This document shows, piece after piece, positions 52,469-60,512 of a stretch of 64,000 bases of DNA (position 1 is its first letter; every line of letters begins with the position of its first letter). Source of the DNA: Candidatus Scalinduaceae bacterium (GTDB taxonomy: Bacteria; Planctomycetota; Brocadiia; Brocadiales; Scalinduaceae); NCBI GenBank assembly GCA_046759445.1, contig JBHICG010000002.1:1-64000 (forward strand). Direction: 5' to 3'. The notes under the pieces were generated by a model. That model worked only from the letters and a program-made list of their open reading frames with translations. It was not told the origin of the DNA and searched no databases. Made by a program: the position numbers and the translations under genes.

Positions 52469-52992
52469 GAATTGATATAGATAACGTTATTTCACAAACT
52501 GATACCACAATAAGGAAACTCATACAGCGTCGATATGGTATATCTCTTATGCAAGCTCATATCATACATTTTGATTATCACAAATGTGGAGTAAATAAGG
52601 AACAAGAGAAAGAGATATTTTCTTTATTTAATACCTCTGAATGCGAAAAATTAAAAGTCATCCCAGGTGCTGCAAGAGCCTTATCTATTCTTAGCAACAC
52701 TTATACGGTCATATTAGTAACGAGTAGGAATCCTTCTATAAAACAAAAGACCGAAGAATGGCTGCATACAAAAGGAATCCATTATGACGAACTTATCTTT
52801 AATGATAGAAAGCATGATATAGATGTCAATTTCGACTACTTTATAGAGGATTGTTGGGAATATTCGATAAAGCTGGCTGAAAAAGGCATAAAAGTTATCT
52901 TATACGACTATCCTTGGAACAGAAACAAAGGAACCTCCCCTAATATTTTAAGATTTAAAAATTGGAATGAAATCCTAATTTTTTTAACATAG
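52435..52992 (+). CDS. HAD-superfamily 5'(3')-deoxyribonucleotidase (NT5C-like)
   Basis: LGIDIDNVI (DxD), IPGA, LVTSR, TEEWL, K, FIEDC, PWN. Confidence 0.88.
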   Translation: MQAQYSQKPVLGIDIDNVISQTDTTIRKLIQRRYGISLMQAHIIHFDYHKCGVNKEQEKEIFSLFNTSECEKLKVIPGAARALSILSNTYTVILVTSRNPSIKQKTEEWLHTKGIHYDELIFNDRKHDIDVNFDYFIEDCWEYSIKLAEKGIKVILYDYPWNRNKGTSPNILRFKNWNEILIFLT

Positions 52993-53333
52993 GTACTATT
53001 TCTACGTTGTCCTAACTGTCTTCAAGCCCTGGGGAAAAATGGACAAATCCTATTTTTTTTAACAAATGATTCAAATGCTAAATATTTAAGCATTGCAAAG
53101 ATCGCAGTTACAGTGTTGGTATACCATATTACCCAAAAGAGGATAATAACGATATAAGAAAACATTTATTGTGTCTCTTCCTATAAATTTGATTTAAATC
53201 TATTACAACCCTCATTTCGTTGTATACTTATTTCTTTACAATCCCAATACTACTTACGCCTTGCTTTTTCAGTTTTTTCTTTGTACATTCAAGCACTTTA
53301 ATTAAGGTTATAGAATTTACGTAACGTTAAATA

Positions 53334-54230
53334 ATGTATAAAGTAAAAGACCTACCTAAACTTATTTCCAGAAAAAAAAATTCACACAAAGGAAATTATG
53401 GTCGCGTATTGGTTCTCGCTGGTTCTCCTGGCATGACGGGTGCTGCGTACCTTTGCTCGAAAGCCGCATTGAGGAGCGGTTCAGGTTTGGTTACGTTGGG
53501 TATACCTGAAAGCCTGAATCTCGTAATGGAAACCAAACTGACATGCGTGATGACATATCCACTACCAGAAACGAAGGTGCTCACATTATCTAATAAGGGT
53601 CGAGAAGAAATCCTGGAGCTATGTAATAAACACGATGTTGTAGCATTAGGTCCCGGTCTTTCACAACAAGCAGAGACAAAAAAGCTAGTCCACTGGTTAA
53701 TAAAAACAATAGACCGCACCATTGTGATTGATGCTGATGGGATTAATGCGCTTGTCGGTAATATTAATATATTGTACAAGATAAAAAGAAACGTCATAAT
53801 CACACCACATCCCGGAGAGATGTCACGTTTATTAGACCTTGGTTCGGCAAAGGATGTACAAAAAAAAAGACTTAGCATTGCAACAGAGTTTGTTCAATCA
53901 ATGCATAAAAGATTAGGAAAAGAAAAGGGCATAACCTTAGTCTTAAAAGGGGATAAGACAATAGTTGCAGATTACGAAAAGATATACATAAATCAAACAG
54001 GTAATCCCGGAATGGCAACTGCTGGCACTGGGGACGTCCTTACGGGAATTATCGTATCCCTGATCGGTCAGGGGTTAAGTGAATTTAATGCCTCCCAGCT
54101 TGGCGTGTACGTCCATGGTCTTGCAGGTGATATAGCATCGAAGGAAAAAGGAGAGACATCAATGATTGCTTCTGATATTCTAGACTCTTTACCTGCTGCA
54201 TTTTTAAGATACGAAAAGAGGTGTAGGTAA
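53334..54230 (+). CDS. nnrD: ADP-dependent NAD(P)HX dehydratase
   Basis: SHKGNYG, GPGL, DADG, TPHPGEM, GNPGMATAGTGDVL. Confidence 0.93.
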   Translation: MYKVKDLPKLISRKKNSHKGNYGRVLVLAGSPGMTGAAYLCSKAALRSGSGLVTLGIPESLNLVMETKLTCVMTYPLPETKVLTLSNKGREEILELCNKHDVVALGPGLSQQAETKKLVHWLIKTIDRTIVIDADGINALVGNINILYKIKRNVIITPHPGEMSRLLDLGSAKDVQKKRLSIATEFVQSMHKRLGKEKGITLVLKGDKTIVADYEKIYINQTGNPGMATAGTGDVLTGIIVSLIGQGLSEFNASQLGVYVHGLAGDIASKEKGETSMIASDILDSLPAAFLRYEKRCR

Positions 54231-54616
54231 TGGCTCTATCAATCGAACAACTTGAATCATGGGAAAAAGAGGCGCGTATTCACCTTGACAAGCTTCATGA
54301 AGTAGATGAGATGATCAAGAGAAAATTAGTAGACAAGAACCTTGCCAGGCGGATGGGAACCGTTGCAGAGGATAATATACAGATACTAATTTCAAAACTA
54401 AGGAACTCCCTGGAGGATTCAGATATATCAGAAATATGTGCCGTACTAGACAAGATCAAGAATAAAGAATCCGATAATGAGGTGAAGGATGGATTGGAGA
54501 AGATAGCGCAAGAAAAAGGTTGCCACAAAGAGTTGATTGAGATGATTAAGGATTATGATGGTCACATACTTTTACTTGCAATGCAGGTTATAAAGAAATT
54601 ACTAAAACCTGAATAA
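54230..54616 (+). CDS. Hypothetical helical protein
   Basis: 128-aa ORF coupled to nnrD (TAATG overlap). Confidence 0.65.
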   Translation: MALSIEQLESWEKEARIHLDKLHEVDEMIKRKLVDKNLARRMGTVAEDNIQILISKLRNSLEDSDISEICAVLDKIKNKESDNEVKDGLEKIAQEKGCHKELIEMIKDYDGHILLLAMQVIKKLLKPE

Positions 54617-54829
54617 AATATTTAACCACAGAGAACACCGAGAGCACAGAGATACTTTATTGAAAGGATTAACAGGATTCAGACTGGACATTTGCGGACA
54701 GAGACCGCATCACCTCCCAATAGACGACCTTTGTTTAATACTAAAACTCCCTTGCCAAAACCTATGGCTGATTGAAACTCTACCGTCCACAAACCATCAT
54801 ACATTTTTATTTCCTCCATTTTACAGATT

Positions 54830-55663
54830 TCAATTTTCCAGTTTATTAACAAATCTCTTAATCACTTCAAAATATTCCTCACCACCCACTATATAAGTAT
54901 CGTTATGCGTGGCGCCAGGAATTGTATAGAATTCCTTTGGTTCATTGGCTGCCTCGTATAAAGTCTTTCCCTGTTCGATTGGTACAAGTTCATCTCTGTC
55001 TCCATGAAGGATAAGGACAGGTACTTTTACGTCCCTTATCTTCGTAATACAATCATATTTTGCCTGTAGGATATAGCCTACTGGTATGTAAGGAAAAAGG
55101 GTCCTTGCAAGTTCTTTCATAGACGTAAAAGGAGTTTCAAGAATCAGACCACAGCATTTTTCCTTTATGGCAAGATCAACGGCTACTGCGCTACCGAGGG
55201 AGCGGCCAAAAAACACAATCTTTTCATGATCTACGTCCCTTCTCGAAAGTAGATACTCAAGGGCTGCATTAGCATCAGTATATGTTCCCTGTTCAGATAC
55301 CTTGCCCTCACTCTTACCATACTGCCGATAATCAAAGATAAAGATATTTAAGGGCACTCTGTCGTATAGCATCTTTATGTTTTCGAGTCTATGGCTTATG
55401 TTTCCTGCATTGCCGTGAAACCACAGGAGTGTATGCAGATTGTTAGCAGTTAGAATTTCTGTTTTACCCGGGATAAACCATCCGTTAAGCTTCAGTCCAT
55501 CTTCGGTATTGAACGTGACATCATCATATTCAATACCCCAATCATCAGGTGTTGAATATACGTCTTTGTCCGGGTAGAAAATGAATTGATTTTCTATGAA
55601 GTCAGCACAACCCATTATAAATAATGTAGTGAAAACTAAGGATATTACATATTTCTTTACCAT
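54830..55663 (-). CDS. Alpha/beta hydrolase (ABHD13/17-like), probable lipoprotein
   Basis: FHGNAGN, DYRQYGKSEG, GRSLG, HGDRDELVP, HND; lipobox-like IMGC. Confidence 0.9.
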   Translation of the reverse strand: MVKKYVISLVFTTLFIMGCADFIENQFIFYPDKDVYSTPDDWGIEYDDVTFNTEDGLKLNGWFIPGKTEILTANNLHTLLWFHGNAGNISHRLENIKMLYDRVPLNIFIFDYRQYGKSEGKVSEQGTYTDANAALEYLLSRRDVDHEKIVFFGRSLGSAVAVDLAIKEKCCGLILETPFTSMKELARTLFPYIPVGYILQAKYDCITKIRDVKVPVLILHGDRDELVPIEQGKTLYEAANEPKEFYTIPGATHNDTYIVGGEEYFEVIKRFVNKLEN

Positions 55664-55758
55664 TGTAATTAATACAGTTCATGAACTATGTTGTTGATTC
55701 CACATTACTATTCTTTTTCTGTGGATTTTTTAGTGGTGTTTTCATTGATAAGGACAAT

Positions 55759-56022
55759 TTATGTTTCCCTTTGAGTTCCTTGTTTAATATGATATGTAAT
55801 TTTGTTTTTATACATAAAAGGGTCTGTAGAAAAGCATAGATGAACATACTTTATCTTATTTCTATATTTTGGTATTTCTTTGTCCAGAAGCTCTAAAGCA
55901 TTGGAAACAATCTTAGGTTGACACCATTCTTTATTACTCATTATTTTTGTATATGCACTTGCATATTCCTTAATGATCTCTAATTTAATCTCGGACCAGA
56001 TTCCTATTTGGTCAAGTTTCAT
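55759..56022 (-). pseudogene. Chimeric remnant: TcmP-like N-terminus joined to a radical-SAM fragment
   Basis: DQIGIWSEIKLEIIKEYASAYTKIM resembles the three-Cys-motif partner start; NALELLDKEI..VHLCFSTDPFMY resembles an SPL-like radical SAM segment. Confidence 0.55.
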
Positions 56023-56073
56023 TACTATTTTGTTTATAGATTACTTATTTTTATCTTTTAAGCAAGGCTTGAT

Positions 56074-56115
56074 CCTTTTTTAACGGTCGCTGGTATTATT
56101 ATTTTGCAACTCTAA
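56074..56115 (-). repeat. Module-boundary motif, copy A
   Basis: Core TTTTTTAACGGTCGCTG at 56076-56092. Confidence 0.75.
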
Positions 56116-56148
56116 AATGGAATAATTTTCCAATTTCATTTTGATCGT

Positions 56149-57750
56149 CTAAATCATCAAGCTATTGTAATACTTTTTTCTGTATTTCTGAAGAATAAAG
56201 CTATCCTTGCATGCTGAGCAGTTCTTTTGTGGAAGGGGTGAAAATTTTATCCAATGGTTGGGTCTAGAAAAGAGGTCATGATCTATGTAAGTGACATCTC
56301 CCTTTAGCGCTCTATCAGGAAAGATGCGTTCTTTAAGAATTTCTCCTCCAATGAGTATTCCGGGAAGAACCGCTGCAAAAGGTATTGGAACTATCAAAGA
56401 AGCCTGTCCCTCAAAACTCATTTGGCCGCAATGTAAAGATACCCAATCTGTAAAACGTTCTCCTAAAGATGGTAATGGAAATCCTAACCTACATTGGACT
56501 TCTTGCATTTGAGATATATGCCAGTCCTTAAAATATCCGTTATTATTACGCAATGTTTTTACTTCTTCGTATGGGAGTCCTATGAAATTTGCTAAATCTC
56601 TGTCTGGATCCTGCTTATTGTTATTTTGCAAGCAAACATGACAAGCAGTTAGACCCATTTCTACCCTTTTTACATAGAACCCTCTTTCTGCCACACCAGC
56701 ATCAAATATAATTCTAGGAAGGTCCCACTGAATTGCTTGTCGAGTTTCTAGGTTGTCAACGGTTGAAATAAGTAAATCGAAAGAATCGTACTTAGTGATC
56801 TTTGAGAACTCTAAATAAGTCTTTTTATAAGCATCAATTTCAAGGTTCGGAAATTGATCAAATAGTTTTCGTATTAGGTGGACTTTTGGCACTTTTTCCT
56901 TTGCATCTTTTCTGATGGCATATATATAACGATTAAGATTTGACAAGGTCACTTCATCTGGGTCTACCAAAACTACTTTACCTTGTAACTCAGGCAGACA
57001 TACAAGGCAATATAGACAAGCACCCCCTCCAGCGCCAACTCCAACTGTAAATACTTGCCCGAGATCAATAGTTTTAGGTAAAGTAGGGTTATCAGCATTT
57101 AACTTAATTTGTTCGTACGAAAAGAGAGAAAAGTGTATTTCGTCTTCAAGTAAATTCATTCTGGGTAGTTCGCTTGATTTAATACCTAAAGTTGTACCTT
57201 TATATTCTAAGACTCTTTTGAATATTTCGCTTACCGCCCAACAAGCAGTTGCCATAGCTCCTATTGGATTGAAGTTCGATGAAAATTCTCTGTCGTCACT
57301 TTTAGCCACTAGATGTACAAACCAACCGTCAGATGAGATTGAGACCATGTTAGGATGCCTTATACCTGTTTTTCCTATACCTATTAGTACTAATGGCTCA
57401 CAAGATAAAGAAGGCAAAATTCGAAGATTAACCCCGGTGGATATAATAGAAGAAAAATGGGTAACGGCTTCAGTTAGACTAGTATTATTTACTAAAGGGA
57501 TAGGGGTTATAAGTCTAGAATTTCGTTCAAAGATTACATAAATTTCTGTAATAATTGGATGAAGTCGTAATAAAAGGTTAAGAACTGTAAAGAAAGTAAG
57601 TTGACCATTTGGATTAACAGAAGCTTCTTTTCCTAATATTACTATTATAGGCGCAGGCACCTTAGCCCATCTATGAACTTCTTGTGGGGAAGATGGCATG
57701 AGCTGCCTAAGAAGTGTCATCGTCCTTAAGCACTCCTGTTCAGATTTCAT
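56149..57750 (-). CDS. E1-like (ThiF/UBA) ubiquitin-like activating enzyme, BilD-like
   Basis: N-terminal degenerate adenylation-like domain; VGVGAGG, DPDEVTLSNLNRY, STVDN, CHVC and CSAC Zn pairs, candidate catalytic HCG. Confidence 0.88.
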   Translation of the reverse strand: MKSEQECLRTMTLLRQLMPSSPQEVHRWAKVPAPIIVILGKEASVNPNGQLTFFTVLNLLLRLHPIITEIYVIFERNSRLITPIPLVNNTSLTEAVTHFSSIISTGVNLRILPSLSCEPLVLIGIGKTGIRHPNMVSISSDGWFVHLVAKSDDREFSSNFNPIGAMATACWAVSEIFKRVLEYKGTTLGIKSSELPRMNLLEDEIHFSLFSYEQIKLNADNPTLPKTIDLGQVFTVGVGAGGGACLYCLVCLPELQGKVVLVDPDEVTLSNLNRYIYAIRKDAKEKVPKVHLIRKLFDQFPNLEIDAYKKTYLEFSKITKYDSFDLLISTVDNLETRQAIQWDLPRIIFDAGVAERGFYVKRVEMGLTACHVCLQNNNKQDPDRDLANFIGLPYEEVKTLRNNNGYFKDWHISQMQEVQCRLGFPLPSLGERFTDWVSLHCGQMSFEGQASLIVPIPFAAVLPGILIGGEILKERIFPDRALKGDVTYIDHDLFSRPNHWIKFSPLPQKNCSACKDSFILQKYRKKYYNSLMI

Positions 57751-58241
57751 ATTCGAATCTCCAAAGGTAAGATAATGAATCTTTTCTGGATTTCCTTAAC
57801 AGGCAATTTTCTCCACCATAGTTTTCCTTGGTACTCGTAAATATAACAATTCTTTGAAAGTTCCATTCCTGAAAGACAATAGTTCCATACAACTATTGAG
57901 ATGTAGCCAATATGAAAACTCACTGGATGCCTTTCATCACCTGTTGAATGTTCTACCTGGTTTGGGTGACTATGAACTTGCGCTAGTAAGGTTAAACTAT
58001 GCCTTGAAAGCTTAGTTACAAGTCTTATCAAATCGTTTTGCTCGAGAGAAACTCCCTCTCCCCACTCAGAACCCCCAACAAACATAGTGGTTATAATAGA
58101 AGATTCTTGTGCTCTTTTACCAGCCCAAAGTACAAGACCTTCTTTACCGATTTCCCCCTTTAGTTTTAAATACGCTTCTGTGCCAGATATTATCTTATGA
58201 GAGATATAGAATTTATTAGCTATGGCGGTAACTAACTTCAT
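57747..58241 (-). CDS. JAB/MPN+ metallopeptidase, BilC-like
   Basis: EGLVLWAG glutamate, QVHSHP...HSTGD, G.ISIVV. Confidence 0.9.
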   Translation of the reverse strand: MKLVTAIANKFYISHKIISGTEAYLKLKGEIGKEGLVLWAGKRAQESSIITTMFVGGSEWGEGVSLEQNDLIRLVTKLSRHSLTLLAQVHSHPNQVEHSTGDERHPVSFHIGYISIVVWNYCLSGMELSKNCYIYEYQGKLWWRKLPVKEIQKRFIILPLEIRI

Positions 58242-58666
58242 TGATAAGCTTTGTCCATTTCAACTTGAATATCTTCTAATACCTTAGATAATAAATATTT
58301 CTTTACATTCCAAGTATAGTTAGTATGTAGAATCTCATGAAACTCTCTAATGCCTGGAATACACAACTGTGGTGGATTACGCCCCAGCGCAGCCTGAAAG
58401 GCTGATCCTAGTTTTGGCCAGAATTGCTTCCCTTCTTGCCTAGTCTGTGGATCAACAAAAGTAAAAGCAGGAGCTCTTTGTGGGTATCCCTCGTAATATA
58501 AGCGTGCCATAAATTTTAAGGTTGGACTCTTTTTAGGATACATAAGTACATATACATATAACCCCTCTGGTGTTACCTTCCATCCGTGATAAATAAACAG
58601 GTTATTATGCGCTTGGAGACAATCTAATTGTTCTTGAATTTTGTGACTAATAACTTCACTTTCCAT
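58238..58666 (-). CDS. E2-like conjugating protein (CEHH type), BilB-like
   Basis: YPQRAPAFTFVDP (E2 YPxxxP motif) and LCIPGIREFHEILH. Confidence 0.82.
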   Translation of the reverse strand: MESEVISHKIQEQLDCLQAHNNLFIYHGWKVTPEGLYVYVLMYPKKSPTLKFMARLYYEGYPQRAPAFTFVDPQTRQEGKQFWPKLGSAFQAALGRNPPQLCIPGIREFHEILHTNYTWNVKKYLLSKVLEDIQVEMDKAYQ

Positions 58667-58920
58667 TAGATCACCACTGCACCAAGAGGGGTTAGAATAA
58701 GCGTAGCACCGTTTGGCACATTTGATTCGCCGATAGTATCATCCTCAGACAGGGGATTACCATTGAATATTAAACGATAGTTGTCCGCTTGTGACGGATC
58801 GATCCCCAACTTAGCCATAGTAGATACTTTCAAAGCTCGAATAGGTTGGTTCGTATTTACCTCAACTTCTAAAGGCTGTTCTGTTGCCGCAGATTCAATT
58901 GTTAGTATAAGTTTTTCCAT
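58666..58920 (-). CDS. Ubiquitin-like beta-grasp protein, BilA-like
   Basis: LEVEVN.NQPIRALK..YRLIFNGNPLSEDDTIGESNVPNGATLIL parallels ubiquitin [29 protein letters not shown]; GAGG RBS. Confidence 0.88.
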   Translation of the reverse strand: MEKLILTIESAATEQPLEVEVNTNQPIRALKVSTMAKLGIDPSQADNYRLIFNGNPLSEDDTIGESNVPNGATLILTPLGAVVI

Positions 58921-58998
58921 TGCATTTCCTCCTATTTAACTTAAATTAAAAATTTTTAATTTTTCATTAATCACGAGATAGAACTTGAAAATATAGTA

Positions 58999-59096
58999 GT
59001 TAATAAATATTTAACCATAGCTTAACGTACCTGTCAAGGGAAAAATTTACTAATAGTTAATTATTTATTGACCTATCTTTCACAACTCGTTATACT
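58999..59096. promoter_or_regulatory. Divergent promoters with phased operator-like repeats
   Basis: Plus strand TTGACC (59068-59073), 17 bp, TATACT (59091-59096); minus strand TTGACA (59037-59032); TTAA-like tetramers at 11-bp spacing. Confidence 0.6.
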
Positions 59097-59124
59097 TTAT
59101 GCAATTAAGGAGACCTAATAAATA

Positions 59125-59472
59125 ATGGAAGACCAACTTGCCAAACGAATTGGACATCGCATAAAGAGCAAAAGAATTGAACGCAATATAAATCAAAACA
59201 AATTGGCTGAGAAGGTAGGTATAAGTCCCGCAGCAATAAACCAGTTTGAGAAAGGAGAAAAGAAACCATCGTCCGATGTACTCACTAGGATCGCAAAAGA
59301 ATTAAGTGTCTCCACTGACAGTCTTCTTACTGAAAAGGGGGATGAAATTTTCGTAGATGAAGAGGTTAAAATAGCTTTTAGAGCATTCAAAAAGTTGGAA
59401 AAAGGGGATAGAGACATAATCGTAAAGAATATACAATTTCTTAAAGAACAAGCGAAAAGAAAAGGAAAATGA
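59125..59472 (+). CDS. XRE-family HTH repressor, CapH-like
   Basis: QNKLAEKVGISPAAINQFEKGEKKPS HTH; C-terminal AFRAFKKL helix; AAGGAG RBS. Confidence 0.88.
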   Translation: MEDQLAKRIGHRIKSKRIERNINQNKLAEKVGISPAAINQFEKGEKKPSSDVLTRIAKELSVSTDSLLTEKGDEIFVDEEVKIAFRAFKKLEKGDRDIIVKNIQFLKEQAKRKGK

Positions 59473-60248
59473 ACATAGCAAAACTTTACGCAAAAGATCT
59501 TCTCATAGAATTTGAGAACTTATCTTTACCTATAAATCCAAAGAAAATTGCTGAGGCTAAAGGGATTATAATTAAAGAAGATGATCTAGAAGGCTTTAGT
59601 GGTATGTTGCTTAAGGTAGGCAAAAGAACTCTTATTAGCGTTAAAAGAAGCATAAGAGAAAGAGGGAAAAAGAGATTCACACTAGCCCATGAACTAGGGC
59701 ATTATCTTTTGACTAAACACTTAACACCTTCAGATATCTCATTTGAATGTACTGATGAAGACATACATCATTTCGGAGAAAAAGATAATAAAGAGTCAGA
59801 CGTGAATGCATTTGCAGCAGAGTTACTTATGCCAGAAGAATTTTTCAGAGAAAGAATTAGGTTAAGCGATCTTACTTATGAACTGATAGATAGTCTTACA
59901 AAAGATTTTGATACCACACTTACGGCTACTGGTAGAAGATTTGTGGAACTTAGTTCTTCATATGCATTAGTTTGTTCTCAAAATTCTAAAATAAAGTGGT
60001 TCCTTAAGGGAGAAGATTTTCCTTATTATTTGTACTCTTCAGGTACCGTAAGCGAATCTTCGGTTGCCATAGATTTTTACTAGAGAAAAAAATTACCTAC
60101 TTGTTTTGAATTGGTACCTGCAAACGCTTGGATTGATGACAACAGAATAGAGGACATGGAAATCTTGGAAATGGCTATACCACTTCCATACTATAATCAG
60201 GTTTTAAGTTTTTTAAGCATTGATAATTCCAATGAAGATAATGACTAG
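59469..60248 (+). pseudogene. ImmA/IrrE-family metallopeptidase (CapP-like) with in-frame TAG at 60081-60083
   Basis: RFTLAHELGH, E.DVNAFAAELLMP; frame stays open for 54 codons after the TAG (..VPANAWIDD..EMAIPLPYYNQVLSFL..) to TAG 60246-60248. Confidence 0.8.
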
Positions 60249-60309
60249 TAGACCCAAGTCAGACTTCTACTGATAAATTGCCTAAAATCGGCCAATTAAG
60301 CATAATACA

Positions 60310-60326
60310 TTTTTTAACGGTCGTTG
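60310..60326 (-). repeat. Module-boundary motif, copy B
   Basis: TTTTTTAACGGTCGTTG. Confidence 0.7.
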
Positions 60327-60512
60327 TCCCTAGTTTGTATAAACTTATAGAAAGGCTAATAAACCTCTGTTTCACTTGTCTATCGTATGATGGACATGTA
60401 TAATTTGATGAGTTATGGGGTAAGAATGCTACAAAGCAAAAAACTTGACTCGTTATTCCAATGGTGATAAAATCTTTAATACTTTCCTTAAAGTTCACCC
60501 ACTAGACCTATC

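Noticed and set aside
60081..60083. Pyrrolysine or other recoding of the TAG
   Set aside because: No supporting genes in the window, and TAG is an ordinary stop in many genes here
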